From assembly GCA_045863395.1 (NCBI GenBank), contig BTVJ01000003.1, forward strand, positions 160,001-224,000: a DNA stretch of 64,000 bases, given 5' to 3'. The notes under the pieces were generated by a model. That model was not told where the DNA came from. It made no database searches and saw only the letters and a list, made by a program, of their open reading frames with translations. Source of the stretch: Myxococcales bacterium (GTDB lineage: Bacteria > Myxococcota_A > UBA9042 > JABWCM01 > BTVJ01). The translations under genes and the position numbers were made by a program. Below, in pieces: positions 17,070 to 25,830 of the stretch; positions within the stretch are counted from its first letter, which is position 1; each line of letters opens with the position of its first letter.

Positions 17070-17235
17070 ACAGGGTCAGCAACAAGTAGCTGCACGCCCC
17101 TCATGGCCGCCTTCGGGCGGCTCGGCCCCGGCCAACCCCGGGAGGTACCAGGAGTGCATCCGCGGGGTTGGCCGAGGCCGATCCGCCGCGAACTCGGCGC
17201 ATGAGGGCCGCGCCCATATTTGTTTCTGACCCTGT
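17070..17235. mobile_element. ~166 bp palindromic intergenic element (MITE-like or structured RNA)
   Basis: ACAGGGTCAGCAACAA (17070-85) pairs 15/16 with TTGTTTCTGACCCTGT (17220-35); inner helices CCCTCATG/CATGAGGG and CGGCCAACCCCG/CGGGGTTGGCCG. Confidence 0.5.
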
Positions 17236-17365
17236 GAGAGCCTGTGAACCGCGACGCGGGTCGGCCTGAGGCGCCTCTGGATGCCTCTCCCGTGCCCGAG
17301 CTCCCCCGCTGAAGTCATGGCCTCGCGTGCGCCGGATGACGTCGAGCCGGGGGGGCGCACAGCGT

Positions 17366-18802
17366 TCACCGGGGAGGGAGCACCTGCATGACGGCGAGCT
17401 GCTCGTTCTGGAAGACGGGGCGGAAGCGGTGGCGGTTGCGCAGCACAAAGGGGGCCAGCTCCTGCATGTCGCGCTGTGACCACACCGCGATGACCACGTA
17501 GCGGACGCCGGCGCCGTCCAGGGCGGCCCACTGCTCGGCGTCCGTCGCCTTCGGCGTCCAGGAGATGCTGCGGCGCCCGGTGAGCAGCGCGAGCGGGCGC
17601 GGCTTGCAGAAGGCCCAGACGGCATCCGGTGGTCCCTCGGCGCGAGCGAAGGCGAAGAGCTGCTGGCTGGACGGCAGCATGACGCCCTCCTGCACCGGCC
17701 CCATGTCCACGGTCTCGTACTTGGACGCGTAGCTGCCGAGCGTGAGCGCCACGAGCCCCGCCTGGAGCCAGGGCCGGCGGTCTCGCGTGAGGCGGTCGGC
17801 GCCCTCCACGGCGTAGAGGAGCAGGGCGGGGATGACCGGCACCAGCAGGCGGGCCAGGTAGTAGGGCCAGATGATCACGGTGCCCAGGTAGAGCGGCAGG
17901 AAGACCTCCAGGGCAGAGGGGCTCTCCCGGACCCGGCGAGCATAGCCGACGAGGGCGAGCAGGCACGTCGCGACAGTGAGCGCCAGGGTCGGCGGCTCCC
18001 AGCGGCCGTTGTCGAACAGCGCGGCGATGACGGTCGGGTAGGTCTCCAGGTTGCGCAGGATGACGTCCCAGGAGAGGACGAACACGTCGCCATAGCTGCC
18101 CACGACGCTGATGAGCGCTGCTTGGATCGCCGCGGGCACGGCGAAGGCGACGAGCGCCACGGCGAGGTCGCGAGGCCGGCGGGCGCGGGAGAGCAGCGCC
18201 GCCGCCATGCCCGCCACGAGGAGCATCCCGACGCTCCGCGTCCCGTAGGCGAGGTACGCGGTCAGGCCCGCAGCGGCGGCGAGCCCTGGCGCCGCCCCAC
18301 TTTGCCAGCGGTCCTGGACCGCCCCCCACAAGGCGAAGGTCGCGTAGATGAACAGCACGAAGGTCAGGTCCGGCTTCACGCCGTTCGAGAAGTGCCAGAC
18401 GTAAGGGTTGAGCCCGAAGAGCGCGGCCACCGCGAGGGCGCGCAGGTGGCCCGTGCGCTGGCGCGCCAGCGCGTAGATCGCCAGGAGCGACGCGAGGAGC
18501 GACAGGAGCGGCACGATCTTCAGCGCGTCCAGGTCCACGCCCGTGACGGCGAGCACGGGGGCGAGCAGCAGCGGGAAGACCGGGGGATAGGCCCGCGGGG
18601 ACAGGCCCGGGTCGTCCGGGTTGTAGATCCAGGGGGTGTCGGTGTAGCCGGTGCCCTCGACGATGGACCGGGCGTGCATGACGTAGAGGGCGAAGTCTCC
18701 GCCCCAGTCGTGGCCGGGGCGGAGGGTCAGCAGGTAGAAGGCCCCGACGACGACGATCAGACCCACGACCGTCGCGATGCGCAGGGTCCTGGTCTGGTTC
18801 AC
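17366..18802 (-). CDS. Multi-pass membrane glycosyltransferase (GT-C / ArnT-PMT-like)
   Basis: GGDFALYVMHARSI, YPPVFPLLLAP, KPDLTF, many TM helices, TRSVG; GGAGG upstream of GTG 18802 (alternative ATG 18823). Confidence 0.7.
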   Translation of the reverse strand: MNQTRTLRIATVVGLIVVVGAFYLLTLRPGHDWGGDFALYVMHARSIVEGTGYTDTPWIYNPDDPGLSPRAYPPVFPLLLAPVLAVTGVDLDALKIVPLLSLLASLLAIYALARQRTGHLRALAVAALFGLNPYVWHFSNGVKPDLTFVLFIYATFALWGAVQDRWQSGAAPGLAAAAGLTAYLAYGTRSVGMLLVAGMAAALLSRARRPRDLAVALVAFAVPAAIQAALISVVGSYGDVFVLSWDVILRNLETYPTVIAALFDNGRWEPPTLALTVATCLLALVGYARRVRESPSALEVFLPLYLGTVIIWPYYLARLLVPVIPALLLYAVEGADRLTRDRRPWLQAGLVALTLGSYASKYETVDMGPVQEGVMLPSSQQLFAFARAEGPPDAVWAFCKPRPLALLTGRRSISWTPKATDAEQWAALDGAGVRYVVIAVWSQRDMQELAPFVLRNRHRFRPVFQNEQLAVMQVLPPR

Positions 18803-18874
18803 CTCCGTACCTCCACGGGTCATGGGGAGAGAGCCGCTCGGCGGAGACGGTCGCCGCGGGTCGCACTCTCGGGA

Positions 18875-20713
18875 TCAGCGCATCCGGTCGGTGCCGACCC
18901 ACTCGTCCCAGGAGTCGGCCCAGCCGTCGTAGTGGATCAGGTAGCGCTCGCCGTCCACCTTGCGGATGGTGGCCTTGTACCAGGAGCTGCCCCACAGGAC
19001 CTCGATGCTCTGGCCGAGGGCGTAGCGGCCGGCCGTCGCCGGCGGGGGCGGCGCCGCGGGGAGATCGCTCGCGAGCAGGCGGATGCGGTCGGTCGTGACC
19101 CACTCGTCCCACGAGTCCGCCCAGCCCTCGTAGTGGATCAGGTAGCGGTTGCCGTCCTTCTTGCGGATCACGGACTTGTACCAGCCGCCGGTCGACTGGA
19201 CCTCGACCGTCTGCCCGAGGGCGTAGGCCTCGATGGGCGCCACGGGGATCACGACGACCGGCTTCGGCGGCGTGGGGGGGCGCACGCGCTCGGGGCCGAC
19301 CCACTCGTCCCAGCGCTCGTCGTAGCCGTCGTAGCGCACGTAGAAGCGGCCGGCCTTCTCAGCCAGGATCTTCGCGGGCCACCACTTGCCGTTCCAGAGC
19401 ACCTCCACGGGGCGCGCGTTCACGGGGACGGCTACCGGCTCCACGTCCTTGCCGAGCTGCACCCGGTCGGCCGCCACGCACTCGTCCCAGGCGGGGCTGC
19501 CCCCGATGAACCGCACGCAGTAGCGGTCCCCCTGGCGCTCCTTCACCCCCGCCGGCCACCACGCGCCGCCCCAGTCGACCATCACCTGGCGGGTTGCCTG
19601 GGAGACGCCCGGGCCCCCGAGCGGCCCGCGGAGGCGGTCGCCGGCCACCCACTCGTCGCGGTCGCGCGGCCACCCGGCGTAGGAGATCAGGTGGAAGGGG
19701 CCGTCCACGCGCGCCACGTCTCCCTCGTAGGTGAGGCCGTCGAGGGAGACCAGGACGCCGCTCTTCGGCGCGTACGACGGCCACTCGATCGGCTTGAGGT
19801 CGGACTTCTGGACCTGCACGCGGGAGGGGTCGCCATCCTTCAGCAGCTCCACGGTGACGCTGGCGCCCTGGTCGCTGAGGATGCGCCCCACCTTCCACTC
19901 GCCCTGGCGGACCTGGACGTAGGGGTTGCCGGGCACCTGGGCGCGAGGGGCCCGCTCGGCGCGGCTCAGGGCGAAGTCCTTGGGCCAGCCCTTGTTGGTG
20001 TAGCCGGCCTTCTCCCCGTCCCGGTGGGCGAGGGCCTCCGTCAGCTCGTCGGACAGCTCCCGCAGGGTGATGGCGCCGTCTCCGTCCCGGTCGGCCTCGG
20101 CGCGGCCCGCGAGGGCGTCGATCAGCGTGCGGGTGAAGGTCCACGTCCGGGTGGAGGCGTTGGACGCCGTGGCCGACGTCAGCGCCGCCACGTGCAGCGA
20201 CTTGCCGCCGAGGGTGCGCGCGACGTCCTGGAGCGCGCCGCTGTGTCGGGCGTCGGCGAGCAGAAGGACGCGCTTGCCGCGAAACCCCTTGGCGAGCCAC
20301 CCGGCGATGGTCGAGACCTGCCACCCGGTCTGTGGGCGCCGGGCGTCGGTGTCGTAGCTCGCGAAGGACACCGTGCCGTCGGCTCCTTTCAGGCCCTGGC
20401 CGGCGTAGTAGACGATCAGCGTCGCGTCGGGACCCGCGAGGCCCGCCAGGCGCTGGCCGGCCTCGCGGATTGCCGCCGTGGTGGCGGCCTCGTCGAGGAG
20501 CACCATCCGGTGGTCGTCGGGGACCCCGAGGGCCGCCAGGCGCTCGTCCAGGGCGCGGTCCAGGCGCTTGGCGCTCGGCATCGGGGCGAGGTCCGGGTCC
20601 TTCCAGCGCTGGACGCCGACGATCAGCGACCAGGTGTTGGACGGATCCAGCGGGGGGGCCGCGGTGGCGGTCGCGGCGATCAGGATCAAGGTGAGGGCGA
20701 CGGCTGCTCTCAT
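18875..20713 (-). CDS. Secreted caspase-like (C14, catalytically degenerate) protein with EF-hand-like loop and 5-6 Tudor/Agenet (chromo-barrel) repeats
   Basis: Signal peptide; WSLIVGV, LIVYYAGQG, LLLADARHSG; ADRDGDGAITLREL; repeats such as YLIHYEGWADSWDEWV and FYVRYDGYDERWDEWV. Confidence 0.8.
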   Translation of the reverse strand: MRAAVALTLILIAATATAAPPLDPSNTWSLIVGVQRWKDPDLAPMPSAKRLDRALDERLAALGVPDDHRMVLLDEAATTAAIREAGQRLAGLAGPDATLIVYYAGQGLKGADGTVSFASYDTDARRPQTGWQVSTIAGWLAKGFRGKRVLLLADARHSGALQDVARTLGGKSLHVAALTSATASNASTRTWTFTRTLIDALAGRAEADRDGDGAITLRELSDELTEALAHRDGEKAGYTNKGWPKDFALSRAERAPRAQVPGNPYVQVRQGEWKVGRILSDQGASVTVELLKDGDPSRVQVQKSDLKPIEWPSYAPKSGVLVSLDGLTYEGDVARVDGPFHLISYAGWPRDRDEWVAGDRLRGPLGGPGVSQATRQVMVDWGGAWWPAGVKERQGDRYCVRFIGGSPAWDECVAADRVQLGKDVEPVAVPVNARPVEVLWNGKWWPAKILAEKAGRFYVRYDGYDERWDEWVGPERVRPPTPPKPVVVIPVAPIEAYALGQTVEVQSTGGWYKSVIRKKDGNRYLIHYEGWADSWDEWVTTDRIRLLASDLPAAPPPPATAGRYALGQSIEVLWGSSWYKATIRKVDGERYLIHYDGWADSWDEWVGTDRMR

Positions 20714-20756
20714 GGGTGCTCCTGGTGTCTGGTGGTTTCGGACGCGCACCATAGCA

Positions 20757-20800
20757 TGGCGCGGAGTCGCTGGCATCATCGTGAACGGCGGGGCCCCGAC
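20757..20800. repeat. 44 bp dispersed direct repeat, copy 1
   Basis: TGGCGCGGAGTCGCTGGCATCATCGTGAACGGCGGGGCCCCGAC; one mismatch to 29494-29537. Confidence 0.9.
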
Positions 20801-21032
20801 GGCGCAGCCCAGCGCACATTCACCGCTCTCGGAGCCAAGGGCTGCGTCGCGGTGCGACGACGTCCCGGCGGCGGCGCGCTCGACGGCCGTCGCGTCGCAG
20901 GGCGCGGACAGGGGCCGCATCGATCCTGCTGCCCGGCCATGGGTCCAGGACGTCCTGGTCGCGGGTGGGTGCGCTCCGGTTGGGACGTGCTACCATGGGC
21001 GGCCGGGAAGCAACCCACACGAGGAGCGGGCG

Positions 21033-22163
21033 GTGACGAACGGGCGAGGTCTGGTGGTGGTGCTGTTGGTTCAGGTCCTGTGGTCTTGTGAGGGCGACCC
21101 CGCGGAGCAGGACGGGGGTGGGGCGATCCTCGACGGCGCGAGCGGGTCACAGGACGCAGGTCCGGGGGCAGATGGCGGGCAGGACGCGGGAGCCGTTGGC
21201 GCGGACTCCGGCGCCGTGGTGGGTGGGGATGCGGGAGGGGCGGGTGGTGACTCGTCCCCCACCGTCTCCCCGCTCCTCGACCTCTACGAGCTGGGCGGAG
21301 ACGCGTGGCCGGAGAGCGTCGCCTTCGATCCGGTCACCCGCGCTTTCTTCACGGGCAGCTTGACCCGCGGGAACGTGACGCGCACCGACGGGGTCACGGG
21401 CGCGCTCTCGGAGCTCCACCCGGGCAACGGCGACGGGTGGCTCACCCTCGGCCTCGAGGTGGACGCAGCGCGTCGGCGCCTGTGGGTCTGCACCGTGAAG
21501 GGCAAGTCCATCGAGCGCGGGGAGGTGCTCCTCCTCGATGTGGACTCCGGGGCGCTCACGGCGCGGGTCGATCTGGAGGAAGCCGCGCCCGGTGCGGCGT
21601 GCACGGACTTCGCTCTCCGCTCGGACGGGGTGGCCTTCGTGACGGACCGTCAGGCTGGTCGCATCTACGAGATCGCCGCGGGCGCGCAGCCCGTGCTGAA
21701 GGTTCTCGTGAGCGACCCGCTCCTCGACCCGGAGGCCATCGGTCAGAACGGCATCGTCCTGTCTCCCGACGAGAAGACGCTCATCAGCGGCAAGTACCTG
21801 CCGCCGCGGCTGATTCGGGTGAGCCTGGACACGCCTGCCCCCGTGGTCACGGCGCTGGATCTCGACTTCGGCGATCTGGCCGGTGGCGCTGACGACCTCG
21901 TCATCTTCGACGGGCGCATCCACGTCGTCGTAGAGGACACCGTCGCCGAGGTGGTCATGAACGCCGACTGGACCGCGGGCTCCGTGACCGCGGCGATCCC
22001 GGTCCACCCGAACGGGGACGGCTCCCTCCAGGGCGGCTACTCGGGCCTCACCGTCGCGGAGGGCGCCGTGTACGCCTCCCGCAGCGACGTGCTGAAGTTC
22101 GCGGTCGGGGCGGTCAACGTGGAGCCGTTCGTGATCCGTCGGCTGAGCATCCCTCCGCTGTGA
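21033..22163 (+). CDS. SMP-30/gluconolactonase-like beta-propeller lipoprotein
   Basis: GAGGAG RBS; VLWSC lipobox-like; PESVAFDP, LGLEVD..RRLWV, FVTD, NGIVLSPD. Confidence 0.75.
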   Translation: MTNGRGLVVVLLVQVLWSCEGDPAEQDGGGAILDGASGSQDAGPGADGGQDAGAVGADSGAVVGGDAGGAGGDSSPTVSPLLDLYELGGDAWPESVAFDPVTRAFFTGSLTRGNVTRTDGVTGALSELHPGNGDGWLTLGLEVDAARRRLWVCTVKGKSIERGEVLLLDVDSGALTARVDLEEAAPGAACTDFALRSDGVAFVTDRQAGRIYEIAAGAQPVLKVLVSDPLLDPEAIGQNGIVLSPDEKTLISGKYLPPRLIRVSLDTPAPVVTALDLDFGDLAGGADDLVIFDGRIHVVVEDTVAEVVMNADWTAGSVTAAIPVHPNGDGSLQGGYSGLTVAEGAVYASRSDVLKFAVGAVNVEPFVIRRLSIPPL

Positions 22164-22295
22164 CGGCGCTGCCGGGATGCTGCGCCCCTGCGTGGAGTGC
22201 GTGACAGCGGGCCTTCGCGTCGTGCGCTTCGGCGCGGTGGTCCACCAGCAGCGGGTCGGGCAGCGCCGGGGGGCGGCGTTGCTCCCAGGCGCCGA

Positions 22296-23102
22296 TCAGG
22301 CCAGCGCGGGCTGCTCCGGTGGAGCGGGGGCGGGCTTCACGGCCGCCTTGGGCTTTCCGTCCACGGCGTGCAGCGCCGGGAAGCCGTCCAGCGCATCGGG
22401 CTCGCCCCGAAGGAGCCAGAGGGCCGCGGCCCGCACCTCGTCGTAGCTCAGCCGCAGCAGGGTGAAGACGCGCTCGGGGAGGTCGGCGGGCGCGCCCGGC
22501 AGGCGGACTCCAGCGATGGTCGCGAGGATCTCGTCGCCGTCGCGTCGCGCGTCGCTGGCGTCCGTCGCGCGCCAGTACTTCGTGTCGATCTCGAGCACGG
22601 AGCGGTGCGCGTCGTAGAGGACCGCGAGCCGCTGCAGATCGAAGGCCAGGTCCGTGTGACCGCCGCCTGATCGGATGGACGCAATCTCCTCGCCGGTCTT
22701 CGGCAGATCCCCCAGGTAGTAGGTGACGGCGGCGAGCATGCGCGACCGCCGGGAGACGGCATCCTCCACCAGCTTCACGGGCAGCCTGGCCCTCGTCGCG
22801 ACGGCGTCCGCCTGCAGCCCCTGCTGGTACAGGTGCACGGCCGCCCACCCCAGGTCGGCGAGGCGCGCCAGGTGCACCGGCGAGAGCTCGGCGGGCGGCA
22901 GCGCGGCAAACCGGGCGGCAAGCGCCTCGTCGTCGGTGATCCGCCGCGCCACACCGATGGCGCGGAGCCCGATGGTCAGGAGCCCCGCCGTGATCCGCTG
23001 CACCTCCCCCGGCGCCAGCGCCTCCGCCGCCTCCCGCACCGCCGCCAGCGCCGCCTCACCCCGCGCGGGGGTATACTCCAGCTCCTGCGCGTCCGTCGTC
23101 AT
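22296..23102 (-). CDS. Hypothetical alpha-helical protein
   Basis: AGGAGG RBS; coherent 268 aa ORF (IRSGGGHTDLAFDLQRLAVLY; LLRLSYDEVRAAALWL); no recognised domain. Confidence 0.7.
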   Translation of the reverse strand: MTTDAQELEYTPARGEAALAAVREAAEALAPGEVQRITAGLLTIGLRAIGVARRITDDEALAARFAALPPAELSPVHLARLADLGWAAVHLYQQGLQADAVATRARLPVKLVEDAVSRRSRMLAAVTYYLGDLPKTGEEIASIRSGGGHTDLAFDLQRLAVLYDAHRSVLEIDTKYWRATDASDARRDGDEILATIAGVRLPGAPADLPERVFTLLRLSYDEVRAAALWLLRGEPDALDGFPALHAVDGKPKAAVKPAPAPPEQPALA

Positions 23103-23449
23103 GGACCACCTCCTGTGGAGAGCGGTGCCTGTCACCTACCCCAGGGGACCCGCCCGCTCCATCTGTGTCATCGGTCGCGGAGTGTGTGTCGCTACGGTCG
23201 AAAAGGCAAGCTCCCATTGTACGAGCCGATGGTGGACGATCCGAGCAAGGTTCCGAACGATCCTCACCCCTGCGCCGAGCGTCCCGGCGCCCTTCGGTGC
23301 CGCGCGCGCTTCGCCGGGGAGCCACGGAGGGCCGCCGCGGACGATCCGGTGGCGCGCTTGACGGCGGTCGGCGCGGCGCCGACGATGACTCGAGGCCGCT
23401 GGCACTGTACCTGCTGGAAGCTGCCGCCGAGGGTCCAAGGAGAGCCGCC

Positions 23450-23677
23450 GTGCTGAAGTCCGTGCGCGCCATCGTGGACGAAGAGGGGACCGTCCGAGTC
23501 CCGGAGCCCATGAAGCTCGACCGCCCGACGATGGCCATCCTCACCCTCCTCGACGACGGAGACGCTGCTGAGTCGGCCTCTCATCCAGAGACCGCCATCT
23601 TGAGCGAGACAGCCCTCGATGACTGGAGCAGGCCCGAGGAGGACGAGGCATGGGCGTACCTGCAGCCGGATCGGTAG
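23450..23677 (+). CDS. Putative antitoxin of MazF/PemK-type TA pair
   Basis: AAGGAG RBS; C-terminal TAILSETALDDWSRPEEDEAWAYLQ acidic motif; overlaps the toxin gene. Confidence 0.7.
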   Translation: MLKSVRAIVDEEGTVRVPEPMKLDRPTMAILTLLDDGDAAESASHPETAILSETALDDWSRPEEDEAWAYLQPDR

Positions 23678-23982
23678 TCCTGCTCCCCTTTCCCTTCTCC
23701 GACCTGTCACACTCCAAGCGGCGTCCAGCGGTCGTTCTTGCGAGCGTCGGGCAGGGTGACTGCGTGCAGGTGACGAGCAACCCCTATGGAGCTCCCCATG
23801 CCATCTCCAATGCCGACGGCGACCTCGCCGAGGGCGGCCTGCACCACGAGAGCTTCGCGCGCCCCGGCAAGCTCTTCACGGCGAGCGAGAGCCTCTTCGT
23901 TGCGACACCTGGCCGGCTCCGACCCGCGAAGCATGGGGAGCTGATCGCCGTAGTCGGCCTTCTGCGCTTCGGGGCGCACTGA
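23650..23982 (+). CDS. PemK/MazF family toxin
   Basis: GSVVLLPFPFSDLSHSKRRPAVVL...QVTS...SFARPGKLFT. Confidence 0.85.
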   Translation: MGVPAAGSVVLLPFPFSDLSHSKRRPAVVLASVGQGDCVQVTSNPYGAPHAISNADGDLAEGGLHHESFARPGKLFTASESLFVATPGRLRPAKHGELIAVVGLLRFGAH

Positions 23983-24036
23983 ACGTTCGTCGTGGGGGAG
24001 GGTCAACCCGGCGCCTGGTGGGGGACCGCGCCTTCG

Positions 24037-24354
24037 GAACGGCAGGGCTCGTTCCTGAGGACCGCGAACGCCCCCCACGAACGGTAGGGACCGTTCCACA
24101 AGACCACCAACGCCCTCCGCGAACGGTAGGGACCGTTCCGCTAGACCACCAACGCCCTCCGCGAAGGGTAGGGACCGTTCCGCAAGACCACCAACGCCCT
24201 CCGCGAAGGGTCCCCACCGTTCCTCGAACCGTTCCAGACGCCGTCGGTCCCCCTCTGTAACGGTGGGGACCGTTCCCCGAGCGTCTCCCGGGAACGGTGG
24301 GGACCGTTGTATATGGCAGGTTGACCGTCTCGGCGAACGGTGGGGACCGTTCCC
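24037..24354. repeat. 42 bp tandem repeat with palindromic core, plus scattered core copies
   Basis: Units at 24037 (degenerate), 24079, 24121, 24163 and a partial at 24205; core GAACGGT(A/G)GGGACCGTTC recurs near 24259, 24292 and 24336. Confidence 0.9.
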
Positions 24355-24434
24355 CGGCCCCTCCCGTCAGCGCCGTCCCGACGGTGCCCACTCCGCCGAT
24401 GACCCGGCAGGAGGCCGCTTGCCAGAACCGGGCG

Positions 24435-24872
24435 ATGAGCAGCGCGTACCACGCGCGCTACGGAGCGCTGGAGCTGCGGCGCCGGGGGGCTCGGGGGAGG
24501 TCGAGGCCCTCGGCTCCGCCCTGTTCGGCGCCCGAGTCGACCTGAACCCGCACCAGATCGAGGCCGCCCTGTTCGGGCTCCGCGCCACCGCCGAGAGTGG
24601 CCGGCTGCTCGCCGACGAGGTGGGCCTCGGCAAGACCATCGAGGCGGCCTTCGTCCTGTGCTGGCGCGCCGCGCCCGGGAGGCGCCCACCCTGGACGACC
24701 AGCGCGCGCTCCAGGCCGCCATCCTGGGCGTGGAGCCAGCGCGCGGCCCGCCGCCTTCGCCTTCGCCGTCGAGGACGAGGACGAGCTCCGCGCCCGCCTC
24801 CCCGAACTCCTCGACCGCATCGAGCAGCTCGCCCAGGCGAGTGAGCGGATGCCCGTGTTCACCGTGGTCTGA
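24435..24872 (+). pseudogene. SNF2-family helicase remnant (N-terminus joined to C-terminus, frameshifted)
   Basis: MSSAYHARYGALELRRRG, frameshift, then ALFGARVDLNPHQIEAALF..LLADEVGLGKTIEA (motif I); after ~100 bp, FAVEDEDELRARL..VFTV resembles the family C-terminus. Confidence 0.75.
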
Positions 24873-25029
24873 CCCCATGTGCAGGGGCCAGGAGAGGCCA
24901 CGCGAAGAGGGAACGCGGAGGAGGCAGCCGAATGGGACGGGTAGCCATCGACCGCAGTGTTCTCATTCGGGCGCTGGCCGCGACGCCCATGGACGTCGCG
25001 GCTGTGGCTCACGTTACGTCTGCCGAGAC

Positions 25030-25830
25030 CTATGTAGAGACCCTTCGATAGGTGTCAAGGTCGATGCTCGAGATCTCGCTCCGAGGAACGAGTTTGTAGT
25101 GGCGCTCGTCCACCATGCGAACATCCTCTCCGTCAATGGTGAGCTCGAACAGGGCGACCAACTGGTCCTCGATGAACTGCGCTCCAACGGGGCGGCAGAT
25201 CAGTGACGGAAATTTCTCCAAGCAGCAGCGAACGTCCTGCTTCGTCTGAACGGCACCGAGTTGGTCCGAGCCTCCCTTGGCCTGAATGGGTATGACGAAC
25301 TGTCTGCCGTGCTTGTCCACGCCCACATAGACTTCGTCAATCTCAATCTGTCCAATCCCTTTGACGGTCGTGCGAAGATGATTCTGGAGAGAGTACGTGG
25401 CAAGACCAAGAAACAGGTCAATCAACCGATTGTATCGAACCACGGCCAGCAGCGCCTGCTCATCCGAAAGGGAGTATTGAGAGATGATCTCGGGAGTGGC
25501 ATTGGGAATCTTGATGGGTTGGAGCAACGGATTAGGCCGGATTCTGTTGATCGGGACCAGACGGAACGTGTAGGTGGAACGGCCGGTGCCCTCGATGACC
25601 CACACCTTTCCTGCGGGCTGCGTTGCAGCGATGGTTGAAGGCATTGCCGTTCGATACCGAATGGAATAGAGGACGTCGCCGAGGTTCTTCGGAAGATCCA
25701 TCCCAAGCGTGGCGGCGGCAGCGACAAGGTCCTGCCGGTGAAAGGGGATGTCCTCGCAGCCGGGTGTGTAGGAGTCCAGGAAGACCCTCTCGATCAATGC
25801 CACATACCGATTCTGAGTGCTGCTACCCAT
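25030..25830 (-). CDS. Type II restriction endonuclease-like protein
   Basis: NRYVALIERVF, PKNLGDVLYSIRYR, QIEIDEVYVG..IPIQAKGG (PD-(D/E)XK-like); overlaps the methylase; lower GC. Confidence 0.7.
   Translation of the reverse strand: MGSSTQNRYVALIERVFLDSYTPGCEDIPFHRQDLVAAAATLGMDLPKNLGDVLYSIRYRTAMPSTIAATQPAGKVWVIEGTGRSTYTFRLVPINRIRPNPLLQPIKIPNATPEIISQYSLSDEQALLAVVRYNRLIDLFLGLATYSLQNHLRTTVKGIGQIEIDEVYVGVDKHGRQFVIPIQAKGGSDQLGAVQTKQDVRCCLEKFPSLICRPVGAQFIEDQLVALFELTIDGEDVRMVDERHYKLVPRSEISSIDLDTYRRVST

Noticed and set aside
18122..21091. 989 aa + strand ORF, and similar long shadows (44981-48565, 58552-62040, 33833-36451)
   Set aside because: Antisense to motif-supported genes.
24037..24354. CRISPR array
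   Set aside because: Sequences between cores are near identical, not unique spacers; no cas genes seen.
23876..24391. ORFs made of GTVPT / RTVGTVP repeats
   Set aside because: They are translations of the DNA repeat on both strands, with no RBS or other coding support.
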